NCBI GenBank assembly: GCA_013239625.1
Contig: MU053873.1
Location: 3,820,463 to 3,840,462 of the forward strand
Reading direction: 5' to 3'
DNA from: Lama guanicoe
Lineage: Eukaryota
Length of the DNA: 20,000 bases
The stretch's first letter is position 1. Each line of letters begins with the position of its first letter. The notes beneath the pieces are model-generated. The model saw only the letters and a program-made list of their open reading frames with translations, was not told where the DNA came from and searched no databases. Positions 1 through 9,614 of the stretch are shown here, piece after piece. A program made the translations under genes and the position numbers.

Positions 1-469
1 AACAGGAAGCCAGTTCCTGCTGCTCTGGGAACCAAAACAAAATTAAGGGGTGGAGGTGGGGAGGGGAAAGGAGGAGAGGGCAAAGCAAGGCAGGAAGGGG
101 CCAAAATAGAGTCGGTGGATTTAACTGGAGGGAGTTATGCCGAGGCCACCCGGTTTACGGCTTTCCCTCGGATGGCGCTGGGGAGACAGAAAAACAAGAC
201 CCCTGCCCGCCCCGGAGAAGCTTGGGCTGACGCGTGGGTGCTTTCACATGGTTTATCCTGACAGGTGAGCAATTTTCACCCTTAATATGAATAAACTGAA
301 CCCCAGACACTTGTGAATGTAAAACAGATGCCGGTCCAAGATTGTGCCACTGACGAGCAATCAATTTCACCCTCTTTTCCCATTTTCCTCATGTCCTCCC
401 CATTCCTTTCCTCTTACTTTTAGGATAGGACCACATGCTCTGCCCCTCTCTACAGGCCGCACTGCTCTC

Positions 470-910
470 CTTTCTTGCTGAACTCCAGCCATTTCTGAGT
501 CCTCCCATTCCTCAAGTGCATGGTGCTCCCTCCAGCCACCGTCTTTACATGTGCAGTTCCTTCTGCCAGAACAGCTTTACTCTGTGTCTTGCTACCTCCC
601 ATCTTCACCTAAAAAGCCTCCTCATCCTTCACTCATCTTACATGTCACCTCCTCCAGGAAGTCTTCCTGAGCCACCTGCATGTGGTTACATCTCTCCGTT
701 AGGTGTTCTTGTGGTGCCAAGGGCCTCTCCTTCAGACCTCGGAAGACAGCCTGAAATTATCCTTTTAATTACACTGGGGATGTCTGTCAAGGTCTGTCCA
801 CTGTCCTGGAAAGTAAGCCCCCAGAGGGCAGGGCCCATCCTGTTCACCGCTGTATCCACAGATCCCAGCTAAGTGCCTGGGCCACAGATACTCCTCAGTA
901 AATAAATGCA
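470..910 (+). mobile_element. L2 LINE 3' fragment (old, degenerate)
   Basis: Contains typical L2 3'-end motifs: 'catgtcacctcctccaggaagtcttcctga' and 'gagggcagggccc..tgttcaccgctgtatcc..gtgcctgg..cagtaaataaatg'. Boundaries approximate. Confidence 0.8.
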
Positions 911-1397
911 CTGGGGTCTGAACCCAGCTCTGGCTGAGCCCAAAGCTCCTTAACCCGCTGCATGGTGCTGGCTCTTCCTGGCTCGCCAAGTCAGCACCAG
1001 GCAGAGCTTCCAGCCCCAAAGCTTCTGCGGGCCTTTGTGGCTTCAGTGGCTCAGGCAAAGCTTGCAGACCTGCCTGGCTTATCTACAGAAACTGACTGTT
1101 AAGCCACTCCTTCCAGAAAGAAGGATGGGAGGTGCCTCTGGGCGAAGCTGCGAGAGGCAGGGATGTGGCTCTGACCCCAGAGGGTGGAGAGAAGGAAGAC
1201 TTGAGCTCACTCCCAGATTTCTAGGTAAAGAGCTCCCCTTCACCATTCCACTGGAAGTGCTCCCCCAGAGAGGTGGGCAGGGGGCGGGAAGAAGAGAAGA
1301 GGTCTGCTTTGGGGGGGCATGGATTTGTCCCCATGCCCTTGGGGGACACCCATGCTGAACACGGAGCTCACGGACAGAAGACTGTTCCCCTTCACTG

Positions 1398-1475
1398 GTT
1401 CTGTGCCCTTGAAACATCACTCACTCTCTCAGGCCAGTTTTCTCATCTATACGATGGAAATTATACTGCGCACAG
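1398..1475 (+). mobile_element. MIR SINE fragment
   Basis: 'ctgtgcccttgaaacatcactcactctctcaggccagttttctcatctatacgatgg' resembles the MIR core (tgtgaccttgggcaagtcacttaacctctctgagcctcagtttcctcatctgtaaaatgg). Confidence 0.65.
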
Positions 1476-1597
1476 CTGCCAAGACCGAGGCGCTGTGTCG
1501 ACGTGGATGGGTATGTGTGTGACGTAGGGGGTAAGAGCCTGGCTCCAACGTCAGACAGGGCTGGGGGTCACAAGGGGCTGGGGGTAAGTTCCTTCTG

Positions 1598-1695
1598 GGC
1601 TGTGTGCTCTCGAGGAACTCCTTCCTCTTCTCTAAGCCTGTTTCCTTGTCAGTACAATGGGGACAACCTCACTCGCCTCATAAAATTACTGTGCA
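1598..1695 (+). mobile_element. MIR SINE fragment
   Basis: 'gctgtgtgctctcgaggaactccttcctcttctctaagcctgtttccttgtcagtacaatgggga' resembles the MIR core. Confidence 0.6.
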
Positions 1696-2121
1696 CACAG
1701 GACACGGCACACAGCAGGCTCCGGGAAGTGGAAGCACCCGCCCCAAGAAATGCAACGTTTAGTAACAGCCACCAACTCGCTACTGCTCGTCTGTGCTGCC
1801 TTCTGATTGTAGATGGGGGGCAATGGGCACTTGAGATCCTTTGCCCAAACTTGCAAGGTTCTGCCCCTGCCCACCGCCCCCTGCCCTGACCCCCGCAGGT
1901 ACCAAGCAGGACGCCAAGAGGTCCCTCTGACCAGGACATGGCCATGGCCTTGGCCTCGAGCCAGGCAGAAAGCTCATCCCAAGCCCCAAACTCAGCTGCT
2001 CCCAGGAGAGAGGATGCAGCCCCAGACCACTGGCCGCCCGGGGGAAAGTGTCCCCCACGGCCCGGCCAATTCCCAAAGCTAGACTGGCATGGATGGGACT
2101 TCCAAGGACACTGGACCAATG

Positions 2122-2186
2122 CTTCCTTCTCCAGGTGCGGAAACTGAGTCTCTGAAAGGGGAAGGAACTTTTCCAGGGCACCAAGG
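2122..2186 (-). mobile_element. MIR SINE fragment
   Basis: 'caggtgcggaaactgagtctctgaaagggaaggaacttttccagggcac' resembles the reverse MIR core (cagatgaggaaactgaggctcagagaggttaagtgacttgcccaaggtcac). Confidence 0.6.
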
Positions 2187-2676
2187 GCGCTGGTGGCAGC
2201 GCTGGGACCAAGGGCCCAGCCGGAGCCCTGTCCAGAGGCAGGAAGGACTCCCTCCAAGACGCCTGCTCATATGCTCTTCTGCCTGTACCCCACCCGCCCC
2301 TTCTGAACCAGCCGACCACTTCCTTCAAAACGCAGCCATGCCAGGTAAAACCATGTGGGGAGCACATATTACAGCTAGGTTTGATTAAACAATGAATAAA
2401 AAGACTGCAGGTTTTTAACTGAAGGCTTTTGGTGGGGGTGGGGAGGTCTAGATACACTCTCCCCTCGTCATCAGAATGTGTAGGTTTTGGTGGAAAGAGA
2501 GTCTAGAAAGAGCATTCTTCGGGTCCCCAGAGGGGTCTCTATGAGAGGCCTGAGCTGAAAAGTTCTGGCCCTCTCCGAGGAATTCCATGTATCCTGTCTC
2601 TTTATTCAGAAATGCTAGAATGTGCAACCCGCCTGGAGCTGCTTTCTTAAAACAATAGAATATGTCACACACAGAG

Positions 2677-2703
<27 letters not shown>
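2677..2703. repeat. (AC)n microsatellite, about 13 units
   Basis: Pure AC run read directly from the sequence. Confidence 0.95.
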
Positions 2704-2708
<5 letters not shown>

Positions 2709-2976
2709 TCGCCCACGCTGCCTGATGGGGGAGGGGCAGCAACAGGTCCCAGCCTTCAGGCTGCCCCTGGTGGCTGTCTGCCACCATGCGGGGAGGGGCT
2801 TCTTGGTGGTCAGCGCTGTCACCAGATACTGACACCCCCAACCGACACAGGATCAAGCCGGCCCCCGAGGTCTGTGGCCACTCCTGGTCTGAGCACTCAA
2901 GATGCAGAGGTGATGCAAGCTTGGCAGCGATGGGGTCCCAGGTGGAGGGGTGGGGGGTGATAGGAGGTGGGCGATA

Positions 2977-3232
2977 CACACAGTGACACACACACTCACA
3001 CACCCCACGTCACACACACAGTCGCAGCCTCACTCATTCACACAGATTCCTGCTTCACACACATCACGATCAGAAACACGAGAAACACAGACACACAGAG
3101 ACATGGACACAGTGAGAGAGACACTTAGATATCTCCAGGCAGAGACACAGACATTCTCAGAAACGCACTCACATGTCATCACCCACACAGGCATGTGCCT
3201 GCGCGTACACACGCAGCACACACGCACACACA
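2977..3232. repeat. Degenerate CA/GA-rich low-complexity tract
   Basis: Repeated acac/agac/acag units across about 250 bp. Confidence 0.85.
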
Positions 3233-3719
3233 GTCCTGGCATCCAAATGCTACCCCAGGCACCCACTGCCTTGGCGTCTCCCGCTCTGCAAGAAGCCATG
3301 AGCTATGAACTCTAAAGACTAGGCTGGGCTCATGTCTCACCCCAGGGAGAGTGAAGGGTCAGAGGGGCAGCTGAATCCCGTCTGATTCTCACCCTCCTGC
3401 CAAGGTGGGGCGGGACTGGGGGTCAGAGGGCCCTGCCTGCCAGGGCCACTCGGGCACATGCCCACAAATGGAGTAAGCTGATGACCTGGGAGTCTCAGGG
3501 AGGGAGTCCCCTGGCTCCTGGGGGGTGGCTCCAAGGACTGAGAAGTGAGGGGAGGGGGTGGGCGGGAGGCTTTATTTTCCTAAAGTGAATCTCCCTCCTC
3601 TTCTTTAAGTCTGGTCCTCCTGCTGCAGCCCCGTCCAGGACCCCAGGTGTTTGTCTCACCTTGGTGAGACCCACCCACCGGCTCCTCCACAAGAGGGGGT
3701 CCTACCCAGGCCTATCCAG

Positions 3720-4470
3720 GCGTGCCCCCCACCTGAAGGGCCCTCACGCTGCAGTCGCCCCTGCACGCAGCAAAAAAACCATCCAGACTCCCCCCATACC
3801 TGAGGCTCCCCCACCCCCAAACTCACCTGCCTCCAGCCCCGAGGGAGGTAAGCACCCACCGAGGTGAGCCCCACCCCCGAGGTGGCCGCCCCTCCTTTGG
3901 AGATGCTTTCCCGCGGTGGCTGCGGCGGCCCCCGCCCCCCNNNNNNNNNNNNNNNNNNNNNNNNNNNNNNNNNNNNNNNNNNNNNNNNNNNNNNNNNNNN
4001 NNNNNNNNNNNNNNNNNNNNNNNNNNNNNNNNNNNNNNNNNNNNNNNNNNNNNNNNNNNNNNNNNNNNNNNNNNNNNNNNNNNNNNNNNNNNNNNNNNNN
4101 NNNNNNNNNNNNNNNNNNNNNNNNNNNNNNNNNNNNNNNNNNNNNNNNNNNNNNNNNNNNNNNNNNNNNNNNNNNNNNNNNNNNNNNNNNNNNNNNNNNN
4201 NNNNNNNNNNNNNNNNNNNNNNNNNNNNNNNNNNNNNNNNNNNNNNNNCCCCCGGGTCCCCGGCGGAGGCCCCTCCCTGCCGACGCACAGCGTCACCGCC
4301 CCCCGCCCCCTGGCCCCGGTATCCAGCCCGCGGACCTCCCTGCCGAGGGACCTCCCTCCCTCCATGCCCCGTACCACCTGTCCCACCTCCCCTTACAGGG
4401 ACGGGAAGGACAGCGTCATTTATTCAACGTCTGCTGCGTGCCAGGCTCCCAAGTGGCGGGAGACGGTGTG
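3720..4470. promoter_or_regulatory. CpG-island / promoter candidate with its core in an assembly gap
   Basis: Both gap flanks are very GC- and CpG-rich (ccgcggtggctgcggcggcccccgcccccc; cccgggtccccggcggagg..cgacgcacagcgtcaccgccccccgccccc). SP/KLF GC boxes lie at about 3929-3940 and 4299-4310. Multiple splice-donor motifs lie at 3654-3869. Confidence 0.7.
3941..4248. other. Assembly gap (308 N)
   Basis: Run of N. Confidence 1.
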
Positions 4471-4489
4471 GCTACTCATGACACGCTCG

Positions 4490-4590
4490 TAGCCTCAGGT
4501 TTCTCATCTTTAAAATGGGTGTAATAGGATCACCTCATAGGAACGATATGAGACTTAAATGAAATAGTGAATGTAAAGCACTTCACACAC
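4490..4590 (+). mobile_element. MIR SINE fragment
   Basis: 'gcctcaggtttctcatctttaaaatgggtgtaatag..cacctcatagg..tgagacttaaatgaaatagtgaatgtaaagcactt' matches the MIR 3' half. Confidence 0.8.
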
Positions 4591-4675
4591 ACCCAGGGAA
4601 AAAGGCCAGCAACCATGAAAAACAGCTGTGCTACTGCTATTACCATTATGACCATTATTACTATTATGTTTATTA

Positions 4676-5085
4676 CAGGCATACCTCGTTTAATTGGGTT
4701 CATTTTCTTGAACTTTGCAGATTAAAAAAAAAATTGAAGGTTTGTAGCAACCTTGCATTAAGTAAGTCTATTGGTGTCATTTTCCCAGCAGCGTTTGCTC
4801 ACTCTGTGTCTCTGTGTCACCTTTTGGTAGTCCTCGCACTATTTCAAACCCTCCACCAGCAGAAAGATCGAATCCTCGCTGAAGGCTTAGAGGGTGGTCA
4901 GCATTTTTAGCAGTAGAGTGTTCTTAAACGAAGGCATGTACCTTGTTTTTAGACATACTGCTCTTTCACACTTAATGGTATGGTGTAAACATTACTTTTA
5001 CATGCACTGTGAAACGAAAAAACCTGTGACTTGCTTTATTGCTGTGGTCTGGAACTGAACCTGTAATATCTCTGAGGTCTGCCCG
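4676..5085 (+). mobile_element. Internally deleted Tigger1-type (TcMar-Tigger) DNA transposon, complete ends, TA target-site duplication
   Basis: Starts TA|caggcatacctcgttt and ends gaggtctgcccg|TA; the terminal inverted repeats match at 10/12. Internal sequence matches both Tigger1 termini (ttgaaggtttgtagcaacc..; tggtctggaactgaacctgtaatatctc). Only 410 bp, no transposase. Confidence 0.9.
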
Positions 5086-5314
5086 TATTGTTAAGAGTGT
5101 TCCGAGATACACTGGTTCTCCATCCGGGAGAGGCTAGGCCTTAAGTGGTACCCTCCCCCACATGAAGGTCATTGGGAGAGTGGGGTACTGCCAGGACCCC
5201 AGTAGGGGCCCCTGTCAACCAGGACCTCCAGGGCTAAGCAGGCAATGCGTTCTTTGGGACCAAGGCTTGTTCTCCTAAGGTCCTGACTGTATCCACCCAG
5301 AAAGCACCTCAGAT

Positions 5315-5766
5315 CTACAAATATTTATTGAGAACCTACTATGGGCCAGGTGACTGGACCCGGGATAATCATGTGAGCAAGACAGCCAAAACGCCTGCCC
5401 TGGTGGGGCTTGGGAGATAGACAAATGAATAAGCAGATGATATAGTATGGTGGAAGTTTCTGGAGAAAAATAAAGCTGGCAGAGGAGCCAGGGAGGGATT
5501 TGTATTTGAAGTAGGATAGCTGAGAAAGGCTGACACCGAGGAGGTGACATGTGAGCAAAGAGGAAAAGGAATAGGTTGCAGGGATTTCTGGAGGAAGAGC
5601 ATTCCAGGGAATACAAGGGAACAGCACGTGCAAAGGCCCTGAGGTAGGAGTGTGCCCACTGAGTGCGATAAATATCCTGGAGACCAGTGCGGCTGGAATG
5701 GCATGAGACAGGAGGATGGTGGTGAGCCAAGGTCCTGTAAGGCCTTGAAGTCCATTTTAAGGATTT
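5315..5766 (-). mobile_element. L2 (L2a-like) LINE 3' fragment
   Basis: 'caaatatttattgagaacctactatgggccagg', 'gaggtgacatgtgagcaaaga' and 'agcattccaggg..aacagcacgtgcaaaggccctgaggtagga' match the reverse L2 3' end. Confidence 0.85.
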
Positions 5767-5854
5767 GCCTCCTTCCCCCAAGGGCCTCCCTGTATTGACA
5801 CCTCAGAGTATGCCCTCCCTCTGCAGCTATGGATCCAGAGTCCCCTCATTTCCA

Positions 5855-6200
5855 CTTGTCAGTGTCACCATAAGCCACAGAAGCTGCATTTGTCTAACTT
5901 GGCAGAAAGGAATAAACCGGAAGGATAGTGGGAATTCCCAGAGTCCAAGAGCGGCTGGAGGACTCAGAAGTGGGACAAAACTGAGGCAGCTCTGGAAGGC
6001 CAGAGAGCCCCTTGGGAATGATCAGCCGACAAAGACATTGTGGTTAGGGCTCCAGCACTCAGGCGATGGGAGCTCCACCTATTTAAGGCCCCGTCCCAGG
6101 GAAGGAGCATCTGATTGGCCTGGTGTGGGGGACACAGCCTGCTCCTTGCTGGGGGAGGGGCGTCTCAATCACAGTCCTGCCACCCACCAGTGCAGGTGTC
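5855..6200. mobile_element. Old ERVL-MaLR (MLT1J/K-like) LTR remnant
   Basis: 'tctaacttggcagaaaggaa..gaaggatagtgggaattcccagagtc' and 'gagcatctgattggcc' resemble old MLT1 LTRs. Highly diverged. Confidence 0.45.
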
Positions 6201-6260
6201 TAGAATCCCCCAAGAGCTCAGAGAATGAGAAACAGTTGCTTGTTAGCAAAAGAAAAAAAA

Positions 6261-6282
6261 AGATAGATAGATAGATAGATAG
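6261..6282. repeat. (AGAT)5 tetranucleotide microsatellite after an A-rich run
   Basis: agatagatagatagatagatag read directly. Confidence 0.9.
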
Positions 6283-6287
6283 TAAGT

Positions 6288-6430
6288 ATATATTGAGACC
6301 TACTGAGCTAAGGACTTTCAGCTTTGCTTGAGGGACCTTAATAACACCCTCCCAAACCCCCGCCCCATTTTCATATCATAGCGGAGAAGGCCAAGCCTAG
6401 AGAGGGCTTGTCTAAGCTCACACAGCCAGA
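6288..6430 (-). mobile_element. MIR SINE fragment
   Basis: 'tattgagacctact..ccccatttt..aagcctagagagggcttgtctaagctcacacagc' resembles reverse MIR. Confidence 0.5.
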
Positions 6431-6473
6431 GAACAGCAGTCACAGTTCTGCCCTCTGGGCCCAAGAGATAGAT

Positions 6474-6552
6474 CCAGTGGTTCTCACCCTTGACTGCACC
6501 CCTACGTTAACTGGGGCACTTTAGAAAAGGAGGCTGCCCAAGCCTCACTCTG
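6474..6552. mobile_element. MER5-like hAT-Charlie fragment
   Basis: 'cagtggttctcacccttgactgcac..ctggggcactttagaaaa' resembles the MER5A terminus (cagtggttctcaaccttggctgcac..cctggggagcttttaaaaa). Confidence 0.55.
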
Positions 6553-7014
6553 CGGAGACATTTCTCAAAACCGAAGTTTTCCCCTTCCCTGCCAAACCCT
6601 AAGCGTGGGAAAGTGACCTGTGTGGTCCTTGCTTGAAAACCTGGAGTTTTTCTTCCAAGATGAAGGACTTAGCGATGTTTGGTTTAACAGCAACAGGAAG
6701 ACAGGCATGGATGGGCGCAGGACTTGATTGAGGTTTGTCTTGACTCTCTCCGTTGCAGTTGGACCACTCACCACTAGGGGCGCCATCGCCTAAGATCGGC
6801 TGGGGAAGAGTTGAACTCTCCCTGAGGCCAGAGCAAGAAAACTTTCCTGGGTCCCAAAGCCTTCCCTCTATTGAGAAAGCTCCGCATCTTGCTCTGTACA
6901 AGCGGTAACAGGCTTGGGCAGTCCTGCGTAAGATGGAGGAGCCGCACTGCAGAATGAATTTGGAGCTGAGAGACAACACATTAAATACTGGTACAAAGCA
7001 TGACCTCACAATTC

Positions 7015-7250
7015 ATAATATAATAAAAATGATGATAATTGCTATATCTTATTGAGCACTTAAACGTGTCTGGCACTGTGCAATAAACTTCTTACATTTC
7101 TCACTGAATTCACCGAACAACTTCATGATGTAGGTTCCTCTCATTACCTGCATTTTATAATAAAGGCTCAGAGAAGTTAGATAGCTTAATCAAAGACCTG
7201 TAGCTAGATCATAAGAGAGGCTGGACTCAAACCAAAGCACTCTTAACCAA
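7015..7250 (-). mobile_element. MIR SINE, near full length
   Basis: 'ttattgagcacttaaacgtgtctggcactgtg..aacaacttcatgatgtagg..aggctcagagaagttagatagctt..ctggactcaaacc..ctcttaacca' matches reverse MIR. Confidence 0.85.
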
Positions 7251-7313
7251 CCAATACAGAGAAATCCTTCTTAGTATTGTGTTGGGTGCTGGGCAAAGGA
7301 TGCTCCTAAGTGC

Positions 7314-7772
7314 TACGATGGTTAACTTTATGGGTCAACTTGAGTGGACCACAGAGCGCCCAGATATTTGGTGAGATATTATTCTGGGTGTGTGTGTGAG
7401 GCTGCTTCCAGGTCAGATTAATATCTGAGTAAAGCAGGTTGTGGCCGGGCTTCATCTAATTAATGGGGACCTGAATAGAACAAAGGAGGCTGAGTAGAGG
7501 GAACCCTTCCGGGCTGACTACCTGAGCTGGGACATCTGTCTTTTATCGACTTCAGACTCAAACTGAAATCTTAGCCCCTCTTGGGTCTCAGGCCTTCGGA
7601 CTTGGACTGGAGTTAACCACTAGCCCTCTGGGGTCTCCAGCTTGCGGACTACAGATCTGGGGATTGCTCAACCTCCATTGTCCCATGAGTCAATTCCTTA
7701 TAAGAAAGACAGACAGACAGACAGAAAGAAGGAAAGCCTGTTGGTTCTGTTTCTCTACAGAACCCCTACTAT
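7314..7772 (+). mobile_element. MLT2 (ERVL) solo LTR
   Basis: 5' 'gatggttaactttatgggtcaacttgagtggaccacagagcgcccagatatttgg' and 3' 'tgagtcaattccttata..tgttggttctgtttctctacagaaccc' match the MLT2B/C/D termini. Confidence 0.9.
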
Positions 7773-8295
7773 TAGTTGCCACCTCACTATCCATCCATTC
7801 CCCTCTCCCTCTTCCTAATGAAACTGAATTCATCCAGGCATCCACCCTCCTCCCTTTGGCCACATGCCTTGGAGGAGGTGCCCCCTTTCCATCCTGGGTA
7901 GGTTCTGATTGGTCTAAGCCAATCATGGCGGGCCTATTCCCTTTGCCAGTGATTGGTTTAGATGTGAGCATGTGACCCAGTTCTGACCAATAAGACATGA
8001 GGGAAGTCCACTAGGTGCTTTCTGGGAAAGGTATTATTCTTGGAGAGAAACCCAGGGAACTACATAGCCCACTTCTCCTGGGAATTGGCACTTTGTGTGC
8101 TCCTGTCATTCATCTAACAACCTGAAGGCATGGTCAACGCAACAAGGTGAGCAGAGCCAGGAGAATCAGATAGAAATGGGGCCAGAGTGAGCCATCTCCG
8201 GAGCTCATGTTATTTTGGAAAACACATTTCCTCATTGTGAAGTCACTGACATAGAGTTTTCTCTTACTTGCAGTTGAAAACATCTTGGTGATACA
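7773..8295 (+). mobile_element. LTR16-like (ERVL) solo LTR
   Basis: 'tgattggtctaagccaatca', 'ccagtgattggtttagatgtgagcatgtgacccagttctgaccaataagac' and 3' 'ttacttgcagttgaaaacatc' are typical of the LTR16/LTR33 group. Confidence 0.7.
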
Positions 8296-8409
8296 ATTAT
8301 TCTGTGTAATACATTCATCTGTTTCCATGAACATGAATAGAAAAGGAACCGACCCACTTTTTCACTTGAAAACGGAACATCTCTCTATGTGAATAAATAC
8401 AGATCTAGA

Positions 8410-8515
8410 TCATTCCAGACACATGGAAGAGCAGGTGGAAAGCCCTGGGGTGGGAATGAGCATGCCTAGGCAAAGAAGAGAAAGGATGCAGTGGAGAGTG
8501 GAACACAGTGAGTGT
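8410..8515 (-). mobile_element. L2 fragment
   Basis: 'cattccagac..agagcaggtggaaagccctggggtgggaatgagc..tggaacacagtgag' resembles reverse L2. Confidence 0.5.
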
Positions 8516-9174
8516 TTAAGGCTCCTCCTGTCCATAACTTCCTAGAAACCCAGGAGAGTTGTGATTTCTCTCTTACCTTCTATTCCCACCTTCTATCCAT
8601 CAGCAAGTCTTTTTAATTTACTGTGGTAATAGCCACATAACACTTGCCATTCTAACCATTTTAAAGTGGACAATTCAGTGACATTTAGTAAGTTCACAAT
8701 GTCTTGAAACCCTCACCACTGTCTGGTTTCAGAACACTTCTCCTCAAAAGGAAACCTTGTATCCATTAAGCACTCACTCCCCATTTCCCACTTCCGCCAC
8801 CTTTGGGCCATCAGTAATCTGCTTTCTGTCCCTGTGAGTTTGCCTGTTCTGGAGATTTCATGAAAATGGACCGATACAACATGTTGCCTTTGTGTCCAGC
8901 TTCTGTGACATGCCATTATATTTTTGAGATTCATGCATGCTGTAGCATGTATCAGTACTTCATTCCTTTTTATGGCTTAATAATATTTCATTGTATGGAC
9001 ATACCACTTTTGTTTATCCATTTACTAGTTGATGGGTGTTTGGATTGTTCCCACCTTTTGGCTGTTGTGAATGGTGCTGCTATAAATAGTGCTGTACACT
9101 TTGGTGTACAAGTTTTTGTGTGGACAGATATTTTTATTTAACTTGGGCATCCATCCAGGGGAGTAATTGCTGGG

Positions 9175-9614
9175 TGCTATAGACTGAGTGTTTATGTTTC
9201 CCCAGACTTGTATGTTGACACGTGATCCACAATGTGACAGTATTTGGAGATGAAGCTTTTGGGAAGTGATTAAGTCAGGAGGATGGCGTCCTCATGAATG
9301 GGATTAGTGCTCTTTTAAAGAAACCCTGGAGAACTCTCTTGCCCCTTCCACCATATGAAGACACAGCCAGAAGGTAGCCATCTATGACTCATGATGTGGG
9401 CTCTCGCCAGACACTGAATCTGCCATCGCCTTGATCTTGGACTTTCTAGCCTTCCGAACTGTGAGAAACAAATTTCTGTTGCTGACACAACACTGTAAAC
9501 TAAGCATACTTCAATGTAAAAAGATTTTAAAAAATTAATAAAAATAAATTAATTTTTGTTGTTTATAAGCCACTCAGGTGATAGTATTTCATTCTAACAG
9601 TCGAAACTAAGACA
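9175..9614 (+). mobile_element. MLT1A-type (ERVL-MaLR) solo LTR inserted in the L1MB
   Basis: Begins 'tgctatagactgagtgtttatgt', has internal 'cctcatgaatgggattagtgc' and 'ttgatcttggactttctagcc..aactgtgagaaa', and ends 'actaagaca' (TG..CA termini). Confidence 0.9.
9482..9550 (+). mobile_element. Very short 5'-truncated cetartiodactyl L1 3' tip with A-rich tail, inside the MLT1A
   Basis: 'ctgacacaacactgtaaactaagcatacttcaatgtaaa' aligns to the reverse complement of 18121-18160 (ttaacacaacattgtaaatcaacaaaacttcaacagaa). Flanked by aatttctgttg (9471-9481) and aatttttgttg (9551-9561). Confidence 0.75.

Noticed and set aside
435..872. 145-aa plus-strand ORF
   Set aside because: Lies almost entirely in a decayed L2 3' fragment and has no recognisable domain.
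1649..2457. Overlapping 202-aa and 225-aa minus-strand ORFs
   Set aside because: GC-rich sequence with few stops, open in several frames, overlapping MIR fragments, and with no recognisable protein.
2979..3006. CACAGTG followed 12 nt later by acacacccc (RSS-like)
   Set aside because: Embedded in a CA-rich low-complexity tract, and the nonamer lacks the A-tract. Other CACAGTG copies (about 3108, 8505, 14194, 14924) also lack a properly spaced nonamer.
3656..4524. Long ORFs spanning the first gap
   Set aside because: Their length is an artefact of N runs translating as X.
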